Assembly (NCBI GenBank): GCA_934643765.1
Contig: CAKUCT010000014.1
Coordinates: forward strand, 1-17,782
Length of the DNA stretch: 17,782 nt
Direction: 5' to 3'
Source of the DNA: an uncultured Oscillospiraceae bacterium
Lineage (GTDB): Bacteria > Bacillota > Clostridia > Oscillospirales > Oscillospiraceae
Shown: positions 1-6,137 of the stretch, one piece after another
How positions within the stretch are numbered: the stretch's first letter is position 1
Layout: each line of letters starts with the position of its first letter
Notes under the pieces: model-generated
Seen by the model: the letters and a program-made list of their open reading frames with translations, nothing else
What the model was told of the DNA's origin: nothing
Database searches by the model: none
Position numbers and translations under genes: made by a program

Positions 1-143
1 ACTTTGGGAATCAGATATTTCGTTCCAATCCGTTTGTAACCTATCACACGCTCGTGCAGCAGGCGATAGGCGGATTTCTGGCTTACGCCAAGCACCTTTG
101 CAAGCTCGTCCGGCGTGAGTACGTCGCGGTAGTCGTTCAGCAT
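1..143 (-). CDS. Excisionase-type helix-turn-helix DNA-binding protein. Only the N-terminal 47 codons are in the window; the gene runs off the left edge.
   Basis: Not in the ORF track because it is too short in the window. ATG (rc of 141-143) is preceded by AAGGAGG (rc of 151-157). Translation MLNDYRDVLTPDELAKVLGVSQKSAYRLLHERVIGYKRIGTKYLIPK fits the MerR-like/HTH_17 excisionase pattern. The start lies 12 nt after the Rep stop, so the two are probably co-transcribed. Confidence 0.6.
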   Translation of the reverse strand, partial: MLNDYRDVLTPDELAKVLGVSQKSAYRLLHERVIGYKRIGTKYLIPK

Positions 144-155
144 CCGCCTGCCTCC

Positions 156-1076
156 TTAAAACGGCTCACCGTTCGGCAAGGTAGGCAGCATTCGATATAC
201 GGACGTCAAACGGCGTTTGAAAGCGTCAAAGCTCGCCGGTTCTTCCAGCTGTACATTGGGGTACTGTTTCTCCAACGGAATGTTGCTGATAATATAGACT
301 TCCGTATAACATGCCATGCGGTCAGCATAGCGGCAAGGCAGCGGCACTGGATAGCCGTCCAGATAGCAAAGCATTTCCGTTAACGGCAAACTAGAACGGA
401 ACTCGTCAAAAAGAATTACCTTTTGTCCTTTGTAGCCATCAAAAGGGTGCACATAATTTGTTACCCGGTAGACATTTTCATATCCGTGTTTTTCCATGAC
501 ACTTCGTGTTTTACCTACACCAGACTCGCCCCAGATATACGTCACTGTCAATTCGCGGAATTTCGTGCGTTGTTCCTCTTCCAGCAGTGTCTGGCGGGCT
601 TGTTCAATTCGTGGCAGATGCAACATTGCGCCCGGACATTCCCGCAAAATTTCTGCATCGGTTGCGCCGTCATGCAGCATAGACATGATTTTCTCCGTCT
701 GCTTAACGCGGCGGTCGGATTCCTCCGGCAGTTCTCCAGATTCTTCAAACGTTTCTGGCTTGTTTGTCTCGGACTTTTCGCTGTCGCGCCATCTGCCCTC
801 TTTGCGGATATAATCCCTGTTTTCCTGGTGCGTACCTCTGGCGGCTTCAATGTGCGCACCATAAAAGCGGCGCTGCATCATGGAAAACTCTTTGGCGTTT
901 TCAAATGCGACGTACAAATGTGTGTGATACGTCGAACCTTCTTCGTCGCACATGCACCAATAGACGATACCGGAAATATCCTGCAATATGCTTCTGATGG
1001 TTTCATGGTCGAATCCATGTTCCTGCGGGTTATTGAACGTCAACTGAAACTTGCGATACGCCTTATTTCTTGGCAT
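156..1076 (-). CDS. Rolling-circle Rep protein: N-terminal HUH endonuclease fused to an SF3 helicase (CRESS-DNA-virus/pCRESS-plasmid-like). Possible replication initiator or relaxase of the integrated element.
   Basis: Start trimmed to MPRNKAY (ATG rc of 1074-1076) behind AAAGGAGGAATT. Endonuclease motifs: motif I FQLTFNNP, motif II (HUH) YHTHLYVAF, motif III YIRKEG (YxxK). Helicase motifs: Walker A GESGVGKT, Walker B VILFDEF, motif C YIISN. Confidence 0.8.
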   Translation of the reverse strand: MPRNKAYRKFQLTFNNPQEHGFDHETIRSILQDISGIVYWCMCDEEGSTYHTHLYVAFENAKEFSMMQRRFYGAHIEAARGTHQENRDYIRKEGRWRDSEKSETNKPETFEESGELPEESDRRVKQTEKIMSMLHDGATDAEILRECPGAMLHLPRIEQARQTLLEEEQRTKFRELTVTYIWGESGVGKTRSVMEKHGYENVYRVTNYVHPFDGYKGQKVILFDEFRSSLPLTEMLCYLDGYPVPLPCRYADRMACYTEVYIISNIPLEKQYPNVQLEEPASFDAFKRRLTSVYRMLPTLPNGEPF

Positions 1077-1195
1077 AATTCCTCCTTTTAACTGTTGAGA
1101 ATCATCTCCTTTCAAAATTACAATTCATCTTCAAAAACATATTCTATTATTTCTGATGATTCTATGGTGGGTAGGTGTACACAACTTACATTGTT

Positions 1196-1219
1196 GGACA
1201 GGGTAATACTTCCCTGTCC
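1196..1219 (-). terminator. Hairpin immediately after the RHH stop codon; no U-tract, so a possible attenuator or mRNA-stabilising element.
   Basis: GGACAGGG (1196-1203) pairs with CCCTGTCC (1212-1219) around an 8-nt loop. On the minus strand it is followed by AACAATG, which is not T-rich. Confidence 0.25.
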
Positions 1220-1462
1220 TTAGAGGTGTTCTTTCAGAAAGCTTAAACCTTCATTAGAGATTTGCTGCAACCGCTCCAATGGCACGTTTTCAAAAAGCTT
1301 CATTACTGCCTGCTTTCCGGCTTCAGCTTTCAACTGCAAAATAATCAACTGCAAGCAAGCCGTTGCATCGTTGGAAATACAGGCATTTTTCTTGTATTCC
1401 TGCAACAGTTCGTAAACATCATCCGGAACCGTCAGGTTGATTCGTTTCTTATCTGATGGCAT
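1220..1462 (-). CDS. Small ribbon-helix-helix (CopG/Arc/MetJ-like) DNA-binding protein, 80 aa.
   Basis: The N-terminus MPSDKKRINLTVPDDVYELLQEY is the typical RHH beta-strand plus helix signature. GGAGGT lies 8 nt upstream of the ATG. The gene sits upstream of Rep on the same strand. Confidence 0.55.
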   Translation of the reverse strand: MPSDKKRINLTVPDDVYELLQEYKKNACISNDATACLQLIILQLKAEAGKQAVMKLFENVPLERLQQISNEGLSFLKEHL

Positions 1463-1484
1463 CTTTTGTCACCTCCATGCAATG

Positions 1485-1513
1485 AGGATAGCACGCAGAG
1501 TAACTCTTGTCAA
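1485..1513 (-). promoter_or_regulatory. Sigma-70-type promoter for the RHH-Rep-HTH transcription unit.
   Basis: Minus strand reads TTGACA (rc of 1508-1513), a 17-nt spacer, then TATCCT (rc of 1485-1490), about 20 nt upstream of the RHH ribosome-binding site. Confidence 0.45.
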
Positions 1514-1533
1514 GGAGTATTTTGGAGTAACTC
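1498..1533. promoter_or_regulatory. Direct repeats bracketing the -35 box; candidate operator for the RHH protein.
   Basis: GAGTAACTC occurs at 1498-1506 and 1525-1533, with a third GGAGTA at 1514-1519. The distal copy is embedded in the palindrome GGAGT-A-ACTCC (1524-1534). Confidence 0.35.
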
Positions 1534-1539
1534 CATTTT

Positions 1540-1730
1540 TGCCGCGCCTGCAGCGCGGGGACTTCCAAGGTGGTGCAGGTTCCCATAGGGCGGTCTTCTG
1601 CAACGCACCGACACTTCTGCAAATCTGCTAGTGCGGTAGGGCGCGCGGGGGCTGCATACACGCGAGCCGCTTCGCTCTCGCGTATTGCCTGACCGGTAGG
1701 TTTTGCAAATTTTGCAGGTTGCAAAAGAAA
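1540..1730. other. GC-rich, repeat- and hairpin-dense non-coding block; candidate origin (dso/oriT) for the adjacent Rep.
   Basis: Hairpins: CCGCGC/GCGCGG (1542-1558) and CGCGAG/CTCGCG (1661-1682, 10-nt loop, followed by GTATTGCC). Direct repeat CTTCTGCAA at 1595-1603 and 1614-1622. TTTTGCA-type repeats at 1701-1726. The ORFs called here (1449..1724, 1510..1755) have no ribosome-binding site and implausible Arg/Pro/Ala-rich composition. Confidence 0.3.
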
Positions 1731-1768
1731 ACAGCCGCTGGCGCGTCTCTGGCACGTCTGCGGCTGTT
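1730..1768 (-). terminator. Putative terminator of the XRE gene.
   Basis: AACAGCCGC (1730-1738) pairs with GCGGCTGTT (1760-1768). On the minus strand it is followed by TTCTTTTGC. The 21-nt loop is long, so confidence is modest. Confidence 0.35.
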
Positions 1769-1771
1769 ATG

Positions 1772-2011
1772 TTATTCTGGAAAGAAATATGTCACGGGTA
1801 CATGAAACACCTGTGACAGCCCGTAAAGCTCAATGTCCGTCACTGTGCGCTGCTTATCCTCGATTCTGGAAATAGAACCGCGGCATACATAAATTGCAAG
1901 CATTTCCAGCTTATCAGATACTGTCTGCTGGCTCCATCCGTTTGCTGTCCGAAGCGCCCGCAGCTTGTCTCCAATCATGTTCATTTCCGTTCCGTCCACA
2001 ATTCTAGCCAC
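1772..2011 (-). CDS. XRE-family helix-turn-helix transcriptional regulator.
   Basis: IGDKLRALRTANGWSQQTVSDKLEM...ISRIEDKQRTVTDIELYGLSQVFHVPVTYFF is a canonical HTH_3/XRE fold. I prefer the GTG start at 2011 because GGAGGG lies 7 nt upstream. ATG starts at 1984 or 1978 are also possible. Confidence 0.7.
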   Translation of the reverse strand: MARIVDGTEMNMIGDKLRALRTANGWSQQTVSDKLEMLAIYVCRGSISRIEDKQRTVTDIELYGLSQVFHVPVTYFFPE

Positions 2012-2025
2012 GTCGTATCCCTCCG

Positions 2026-2089
2026 TTTGTCTTGACTCAGGACAAATGATAGGGTATATTATTTTCAAAGATGTCCTGTCATAAGACAG
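2026..2089. promoter_or_regulatory. Divergent control region: plus-strand promoter for the DUF2726 gene with two small palindromes (candidate XRE operators).
   Basis: TTGACT (2032-2037), a 17-nt spacer, then TATATT (2055-2060). The inverted repeat TTTGTC/GACAAA (2026-2046) spans the -35 box. The palindrome CTGTC-ATAA-GACAG (2076-2089) lies just downstream of the -10 box. Confidence 0.45.
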
Positions 2090-2102
2090 AGTCAAAATAT
2101 TT

Positions 2103-2687
2103 GTGAAAGGAATGCACCGTAACATGGAACTGCTTTTTCTGCTCCTAATACTGGCTGTTCTTGCGCTGCTTTTATCTTCTCGTGGTTCCAGCAGGTGGCA
2201 TAGAAACTATCGTTTTCAGCGGACACCGCCGCAAAACAATCCATCAGGATATGAACGGTCAGATGCTGCATCGCAGAATGAGGCAGATACGTTGCCATAC
2301 GACAAGGCTTATCAGAAAAAATGGCTCTTAACGATAAATGAAAAGGCATTCTACCGGCAATTAAGCAGCTTTGCAGCAAAGAAAAATATGACTGTTTTTA
2401 CAAAAGTCCGTCTGCTTGACCTGCTGGAACCGGTAAAAAATCAGCCGAAATACAAAACCTATTTCTACAAAGTGCAGGCAAAGCACGTTGACTTTGTTCT
2501 GTGCGACAGCAAGTTGGTCGCTCGTTTTATTATCGAATTGGACGATGGCAGTCATAATGCTCCAGACCGGTCAGAACGAGATCAATTCGTCGATACAGTT
2601 TTGCAGGCGGTCGGATACAAGGTCTTACGTTTGAACGCTTTTGATGAAAGCAGGATTGAACAGGCGTTTTTCCCGCCTGCCACATAA
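2103..2687 (+). CDS. Membrane-anchored DUF2726-domain protein (PD-(D/E)xK nuclease-like fold).
   Basis: N-terminal transmembrane helix ELLFLLLILAVLALLL. C-terminal region LTINEKAFYRQL...KVRLLDLL...KHVDFVLCD...IIELDDGSH...ERDQFVDTVLQAVGYKVLRL matches the DUF2726 signature. The start is uncertain (GTG 2103, ATG 2112 or ATG 2124); none has a well-placed ribosome-binding site. Confidence 0.75.
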   Translation: MKGMHRNMELLFLLLILAVLALLLSSRGSSRWHRNYRFQRTPPQNNPSGYERSDAASQNEADTLPYDKAYQKKWLLTINEKAFYRQLSSFAAKKNMTVFTKVRLLDLLEPVKNQPKYKTYFYKVQAKHVDFVLCDSKLVARFIIELDDGSHNAPDRSERDQFVDTVLQAVGYKVLRLNAFDESRIEQAFFPPAT

Positions 2688-2694
2688 AGAAATT

Positions 2695-2740
2695 GCCCAC
2701 CCTGCGGCGCATGTTTTTTGCGCCGTAGGGTGGGCTTTTC
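2695..2740 (+). terminator. Rho-independent terminator of the DUF2726 gene.
   Basis: A 16-bp stem GCCCACCCTGCGGCGC (2695-2710) pairs with GCGCCGTAGGGTGGGC (2720-2735), with one G-U pair, followed by TTTT. Confidence 0.8.
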
Positions 2741-2760
2741 ATCGATAACAGCAGACTTTC

Positions 2761-2780
2761 TTTCTAACACATTTCTAACA
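2761..2780. repeat. Tandem 9-bp direct repeat in an AT-rich tract; candidate recombinase arm-type or iteron sites.
   Basis: TTTCTAACA occurs at 2761-2769 and 2772-2780 (11-bp period), inside a T-tract-rich stretch (2742-2840) that also holds GATTTTT(G/C)A at 2797-2805 and 2826-2834. Confidence 0.3.
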
Positions 2781-2940
2781 GTTTTTCATTTTTTACGATT
2801 TTTGACTTTAGCAGAGAGTTTCTTTGATTTTTCAGATTTTGGGGCAAAAGTCATTGAAATTACAGGACTTTCCGGTCTTTCGCGTGCACCCGTGTACCAC
2901 CATAGGGAAAACGGAATATGAAAATGGGGTTCAAGAGGCC

Positions 2941-2968
2941 GTTAGTTCGAATCTAGTCACTCGGACCA
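2941..2968 (+). other. tRNA 3'-end-like fragment (T-arm plus acceptor 3' strand plus ACCA); possible att-site remnant marking the element boundary.
   Basis: GTTAG-TTCGAAT-CTAGT (canonical T-loop, stem with two G-U pairs) followed by CACTCGG-A-CCA. No matching 5' acceptor strand, D-arm or anticodon arm exists upstream, so this is not an intact tRNA. Confidence 0.3.
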
Positions 2969-3012
2969 ATAAAAAAAGACACGCTACGGCGTGTCTTTTT
3001 TATTGGTCCGAG
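2960..3012. terminator. Long near-perfect palindrome; its core is a bidirectional intrinsic terminator.
   Basis: CTCGGACCAATAAAAAAAGACACGC (2960-2984), loop TACG, then GCGTGTCTTTTTTATTGGTCCGAG (2989-3012). One A is unpaired (7 A against 6 T). The left arm overlaps the tRNA-like ACCA end. Confidence 0.6.
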
Positions 3013-3014
3013 AG

Positions 3015-3084
3015 CGGTCTGCTTCGCAGACCGTCGCCTACGGCGGGAATTGAACGCGAAAGAAACCCCTGATGGGTTTCTTTC
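3015..3084. other. Series of additional stable hairpins in non-coding DNA.
   Basis: CGGTCTGC-TTC-GCAGACCG (3015-3033), CGCC-TAC-GGCG (3035-3045) and GAAAGAAACCC-CTGAT-GGGTTTCTTTC (3058-3084). Confidence 0.4.
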
Positions 3085-3149
3085 ACACTATCTTCCTTTC
3101 CGAAATCGCGACGCTTATTATTCATTTATAGTGTCGTGAAAGTGAAACA

Positions 3150-3185
3150 AAAATCGGTTGAAATCGTATGATTTCAACCGATTTT
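3150..3185. terminator. Bidirectional rho-independent terminator.
   Basis: Perfect 16-bp stem AAAATCGGTTGAAATC (3150-3165) pairs with GATTTCAACCGATTTT (3170-3185) around a GTAT loop. The A-run and T-run arms give a U-tract on both strands. Confidence 0.65.
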
Positions 3186-3269
3186 CTTTATATTTCGTGT
3201 CAAATCCATTCCTATTGTCCTGCGTAATCCTACCGGCGAGAAAATTTTATTCATGCTCGTTGATCTCGC

Positions 3270-3930
3270 TTCTTGTTTGTCGTCCAGCAAGCCCAAATGC
3301 AGAACATTGCCGCGCCCAGCCATCCAGTCGCTTTCCGACTCGGACAGGCTGATGGCGCTGGTAGTCTGGCTGTGATACTTGCGCGTCAACGCGCCGTTAT
3401 AGTCAAATTCATTGCGCTGAATCTCGCGCTGCGCGCGGTTCAGCTCCGACAGAAGATCCGGCCGCTGCTTGGAGACGCCGAAGTATATAGTCGCTTGAGC
3501 CGATATCCACCAACGGCACATAGCCGTAGGCAATGGAAAGGTCAGGCGTTACAATCGTCTCCACCTCACCCGCGTCCAGCGCGTCCATCAGCTCATTGTA
3601 GCCGTGAAGTGGAACAACCTCTGCCGAAATTTCATTTTCCGCCAACCACTGCACCAAAAGATCCAGCTGATAGCTGTCGGCCGTCACGCCGATGCGGCAG
3701 CCGTCAAAATCGCTCAGATCGCCGAACAGGTCAATCTCGCCGCTGACCAGCATATCGTAGCATTCCTTGAACGAGCCGTGAACGTATTCATACTCCCAGC
3801 CGGTCACAGAGGAAATCTTCTGGAGGTATTCATAGCCCGCGCCGGTCTTATACCCGCCCTCATACTCTTCTTCATATGTGATTGCGTTCACGTAGCCCAC
3901 GCGGACAGCCTTGGCCGCCTGCTGGCCATG
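3270..3930 (-). pseudogene. Decayed N-terminal fragment of a sensor protein with tandem periplasmic solute-binding (SBP_bac_3-like) domains.
   Basis: Homology is split across two frames. ORF 3409..3900 gives VRVGYVNAITYEEEYEGGYKTGAGYEYLQKIS...SFKECYDMLVSGEIDLFGDLS. ORF 3174..3533 gives YFGVSKQRPDLLSELNRAQREIQ...LSESESDWMAGRGNVLHLGLLDD. There is an in-frame stop at 3931-3933 upstream of the domain and no signal peptide in frame. An apparent internal deletion follows GDLS. No kinase or output domain follows. Confidence 0.6.
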
Positions 3931-4142
3931 TCATTGTATCAAACACAATCGTACCGGAAAGCAGGCCATTTTCCGCCGGCAGATATTGTTTATTGTACTA
4001 TTTTACGACGGAAATTGCCAGACTTTTCTTGACATTTTCTTAACATCCCGTGGTTCTTTTTTGTAATTACGCCCGTTTTTGTATGAATATGGGATTATTG
4101 ATGTAAAATCAAGAAATTCCGGAAAAGCTCTGCGGACGCAAG

Positions 4143-4173
4143 AAGGGCACTTCCCAAAAAAGGAAGTGCCCTT
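4143..4173 (-). terminator. Hairpin 14 nt downstream of the nucleoside hydrolase stop; probable end of the long operon.
   Basis: A 12-bp stem AAGGGCACTTCC (4143-4154) pairs with GGAAGTGCCCTT (4162-4173). The T-tract is good on the plus strand (GTTTTGA) but weak on the minus strand. Confidence 0.45.
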
Positions 4174-4187
4174 GTTTTGATGACTGA

Positions 4188-5159
4188 TTATCCGACGGGG
4201 TAAGCGTAGGTCTGATCCATGAACGTGGTGATGAGCTCGGCAGCCGCCTTCTCGCCTTCCACATCCATGCAGAACGTTGTAAACGGCGCGTCAAACGGCT
4301 CTTCGCGCACGTCTGTCACGATCATACCGCGGCAGTACGTGCCGCCGCATTCCACGCGCGCGCGCATCTTGCGCATCATCACAAGACTCGGGTCCACTGC
4401 AACCAGCACGGCCAGCGGATCGTGCACCGGGCAGTCGTCGATGCAGTTATTCTGCACGCGGTTGAAGCGGTAATAGAAGTGCAGCGCCTGCTTGATGTAC
4501 TCACAGATGGGCCGGTTTTCTTCTGCGCAATAGTGATCGAGCGCCTGGATATGGCGAAGGGTCAGGCGCGTTTTCATCGTAACGTCCAGACCGATCATCG
4601 TCAGATCAAAGCCCGCCATCATGACCATATCTGCAGCTTCGGGGTCGCCGATGATATTGGCCTCCGAAACGGGCGAAGCGTTGCCGCTCACCTTCACAGT
4701 GCCGCCCATGGTCACAACATTTTTCAGAAGCTTCGGAAGGTTCGGCTCCAGCTGCAGCGCCTGCGCAAGATTCGTCATACGCCCAAGCGTCACCAACGTC
4801 AGCTCGCCCGGGTTTTCCCGCGCCATGCGCACAATAAACTCGTGGCCCGGCTCCTTGACCGGCTTCTGGCCGACAGCCGGGAGCTGCGCCTCGCCGACGC
4901 CGTTTTTGCCGTGGATGTGCGGCACCGGGCCGTCCCATTCGCCATTGAGCGGGCGGCCGGCGCCGATTGCAACCGGTACTTCATAGCCGGGCTTTGCCAG
5001 ATGCACCAGACGGATGCTGTTTTCCGCCGCCTGCTCCGCGGTTGTATTTCCGAAGCCGGTGATAATGCCCATAACGCGCACATCGGGCCGCTTCAGGGCG
5101 AACAGAATCGCAATGGAATCATCAATGCCGGTATCGCAGTCGATCAGCATTTTTATCAT
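4188..5159 (-). CDS. Nucleoside hydrolase (IUNH / Rih family N-ribohydrolase).
   Basis: N-terminal aspartate cluster LIDCDTGIDDSIAI. Other family motifs: VTLGRMTNLA, NASPVSEANIIGDPEAA and VHDPLAV. AAGGAG lies 9 nt upstream of the ATG. Confidence 0.9.
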   Translation of the reverse strand: MIKMLIDCDTGIDDSIAILFALKRPDVRVMGIITGFGNTTAEQAAENSIRLVHLAKPGYEVPVAIGAGRPLNGEWDGPVPHIHGKNGVGEAQLPAVGQKPVKEPGHEFIVRMARENPGELTLVTLGRMTNLAQALQLEPNLPKLLKNVVTMGGTVKVSGNASPVSEANIIGDPEAADMVMMAGFDLTMIGLDVTMKTRLTLRHIQALDHYCAEENRPICEYIKQALHFYYRFNRVQNNCIDDCPVHDPLAVLVAVDPSLVMMRKMRARVECGGTYCRGMIVTDVREEPFDAPFTTFCMDVEGEKAAAELITTFMDQTYAYPVG

Positions 5160-5197
5160 TTCTATAAACTCCTTTTTCTATGTAACGTTTTCCCGTA

Positions 5198-6124
5198 TCA
5201 GTTCAGGCGCACAGCCTTTGCCTTCTGCTGCTTGCAGATCGAGAAAATGGTCAGACCCAGAATCGTCGCCACATACGGCAGCATATCAATGAACTGCGAG
5301 GGAATTGCCAGCAGCTGCAGCGTATTGGACAGGCTGTCAAAGAATGCGAAGACCATGGACGAGAGGAACACGCCGAGCGGTGTGGACTGTCCCATCGCCG
5401 CCGCGGCCAGCGCGATAAAGCCGCGGCCGGCTACCATGTCGCGCGTAAACATGCCGATATAGCCCATCGACATATACATGCCGCCAAGGCCCGTCAGAAT
5501 GCCGCAAAGCAAAATCGCAATGTAGCGCGTCTTGTTGACGTTGACGCCGACCGAGGACGCCGCCGCCGGATTTTCGCCCACCGAACGACTCCGAAGGCCG
5601 AGCGGCGTCTTATACAGGATGAACCAGACCACAAAAATGGCAAGGAACGCCAGATAGGTAATCAGGTTGTGGCCTGAGATGATTTTGCCGAGCACCGGAA
5701 TGTCTTCAATCAGCGGAATGTGCACTGTCGGGAACGAGAAGCTCTTCAGAGACGAGCTCGTGCCCTTTTCGCTGGTGATGGTATAAAGCAGCATGACTGT
5801 TGCACCGGCGGCAAAGGTGTTGATGGCCGTGCCGCAGAGGACGGCGTTCGCCTTCAGATTCAGATGGAAATAGGCAAACACAAGGCTGACCAGCAGTGCA
5901 ACGCCAAGCCCTCCGACCAGGCCCCAGAACAGGCTTCCGCCGAACGCGCCGCCGAGCACACCGCCCAGCGCCGCCAGAAGCATCATGCCCTCCAGGCCGA
6001 GATTTACAACGCCTGCCTGATTGCAGAGGCTGCCGCCCAGCGCGGGAAGCAGGATCGGCGTTACAACGCGGATCCACATATAGACAAATTCAACACTGAA
6101 AATGTTTTTTAAGATAATGGACAT
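5198..6124 (-). CDS. ABC transporter permease (BPD_transp_2 type, nucleoside/simple-sugar class), second permease.
   Basis: Polytopic membrane protein. Start trimmed to MSIILKN (ATG rc of 6122-6124) behind GAGGAGGAAGCGT. The basic 21-aa extension in the ORF track would overlap the upstream gene. Confidence 0.85.
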   Translation of the reverse strand: MSIILKNIFSVEFVYMWIRVVTPILLPALGGSLCNQAGVVNLGLEGMMLLAALGGVLGGAFGGSLFWGLVGGLGVALLVSLVFAYFHLNLKANAVLCGTAINTFAAGATVMLLYTITSEKGTSSSLKSFSFPTVHIPLIEDIPVLGKIISGHNLITYLAFLAIFVVWFILYKTPLGLRSRSVGENPAAASSVGVNVNKTRYIAILLCGILTGLGGMYMSMGYIGMFTRDMVAGRGFIALAAAAMGQSTPLGVFLSSMVFAFFDSLSNTLQLLAIPSQFIDMLPYVATILGLTIFSICKQQKAKAVRLN

Positions 6125-6137
6125 ACGCTTCCTCCTC

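Noticed and set aside
423-1091. The 222-aa plus-strand ORF, plus 496..813, 548..862 and 764..997, all lying over the Rep gene.
   Set aside because: These are antisense or out-of-frame shadows of a gene with clear HUH and SF3 motifs. They have no ribosome-binding site and low-complexity, Cys/Arg-rich translations.
1449-1755. ORFs 1449..1724 and 1510..1755 (minus strand) and 1437..1631 (plus strand) in the GC-rich block.
   Set aside because: They have no ribosome-binding site and an Arg/Pro/Ala-biased composition. The region is better explained by repeats and hairpins (candidate origin and promoter).
2880-2968. An intact tRNA or tmRNA gene ending at ACCA (2965-2968).
   Set aside because: Only the T-arm and the 3' acceptor strand can be folded. 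No complementary 5' acceptor strand (CCGAGTG-like), D-arm or anticodon stem exists in the preceding 90 nt. The distance from the upstream GGGG (2841) is far too short for tmRNA, and the acceptor is not Ala-like.
2718-3072. ORFs 2718..2921 and 2824..3072 (plus strand) and 2530..2770 (minus strand) in the element-end region.
   Set aside because: They run through terminator hairpins and T-tracts, have no ribosome-binding site and show no domain resemblance.
4422-5462. Long plus-strand ORFs antisense to the operon and the amidohydrolase: 4422..5462, 6531..7271, 6781..7377, 9802..10926, 10953..11729, 11817..12506 and 13865..14776. Also 12574..13260 on the minus strand.
   Set aside because: These are typical stop-poor antisense frames of GC-rich coding DNA. 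Their translations are Arg/Ala/His-rich with no recognisable domains, and each fully overlaps a confidently assigned gene.
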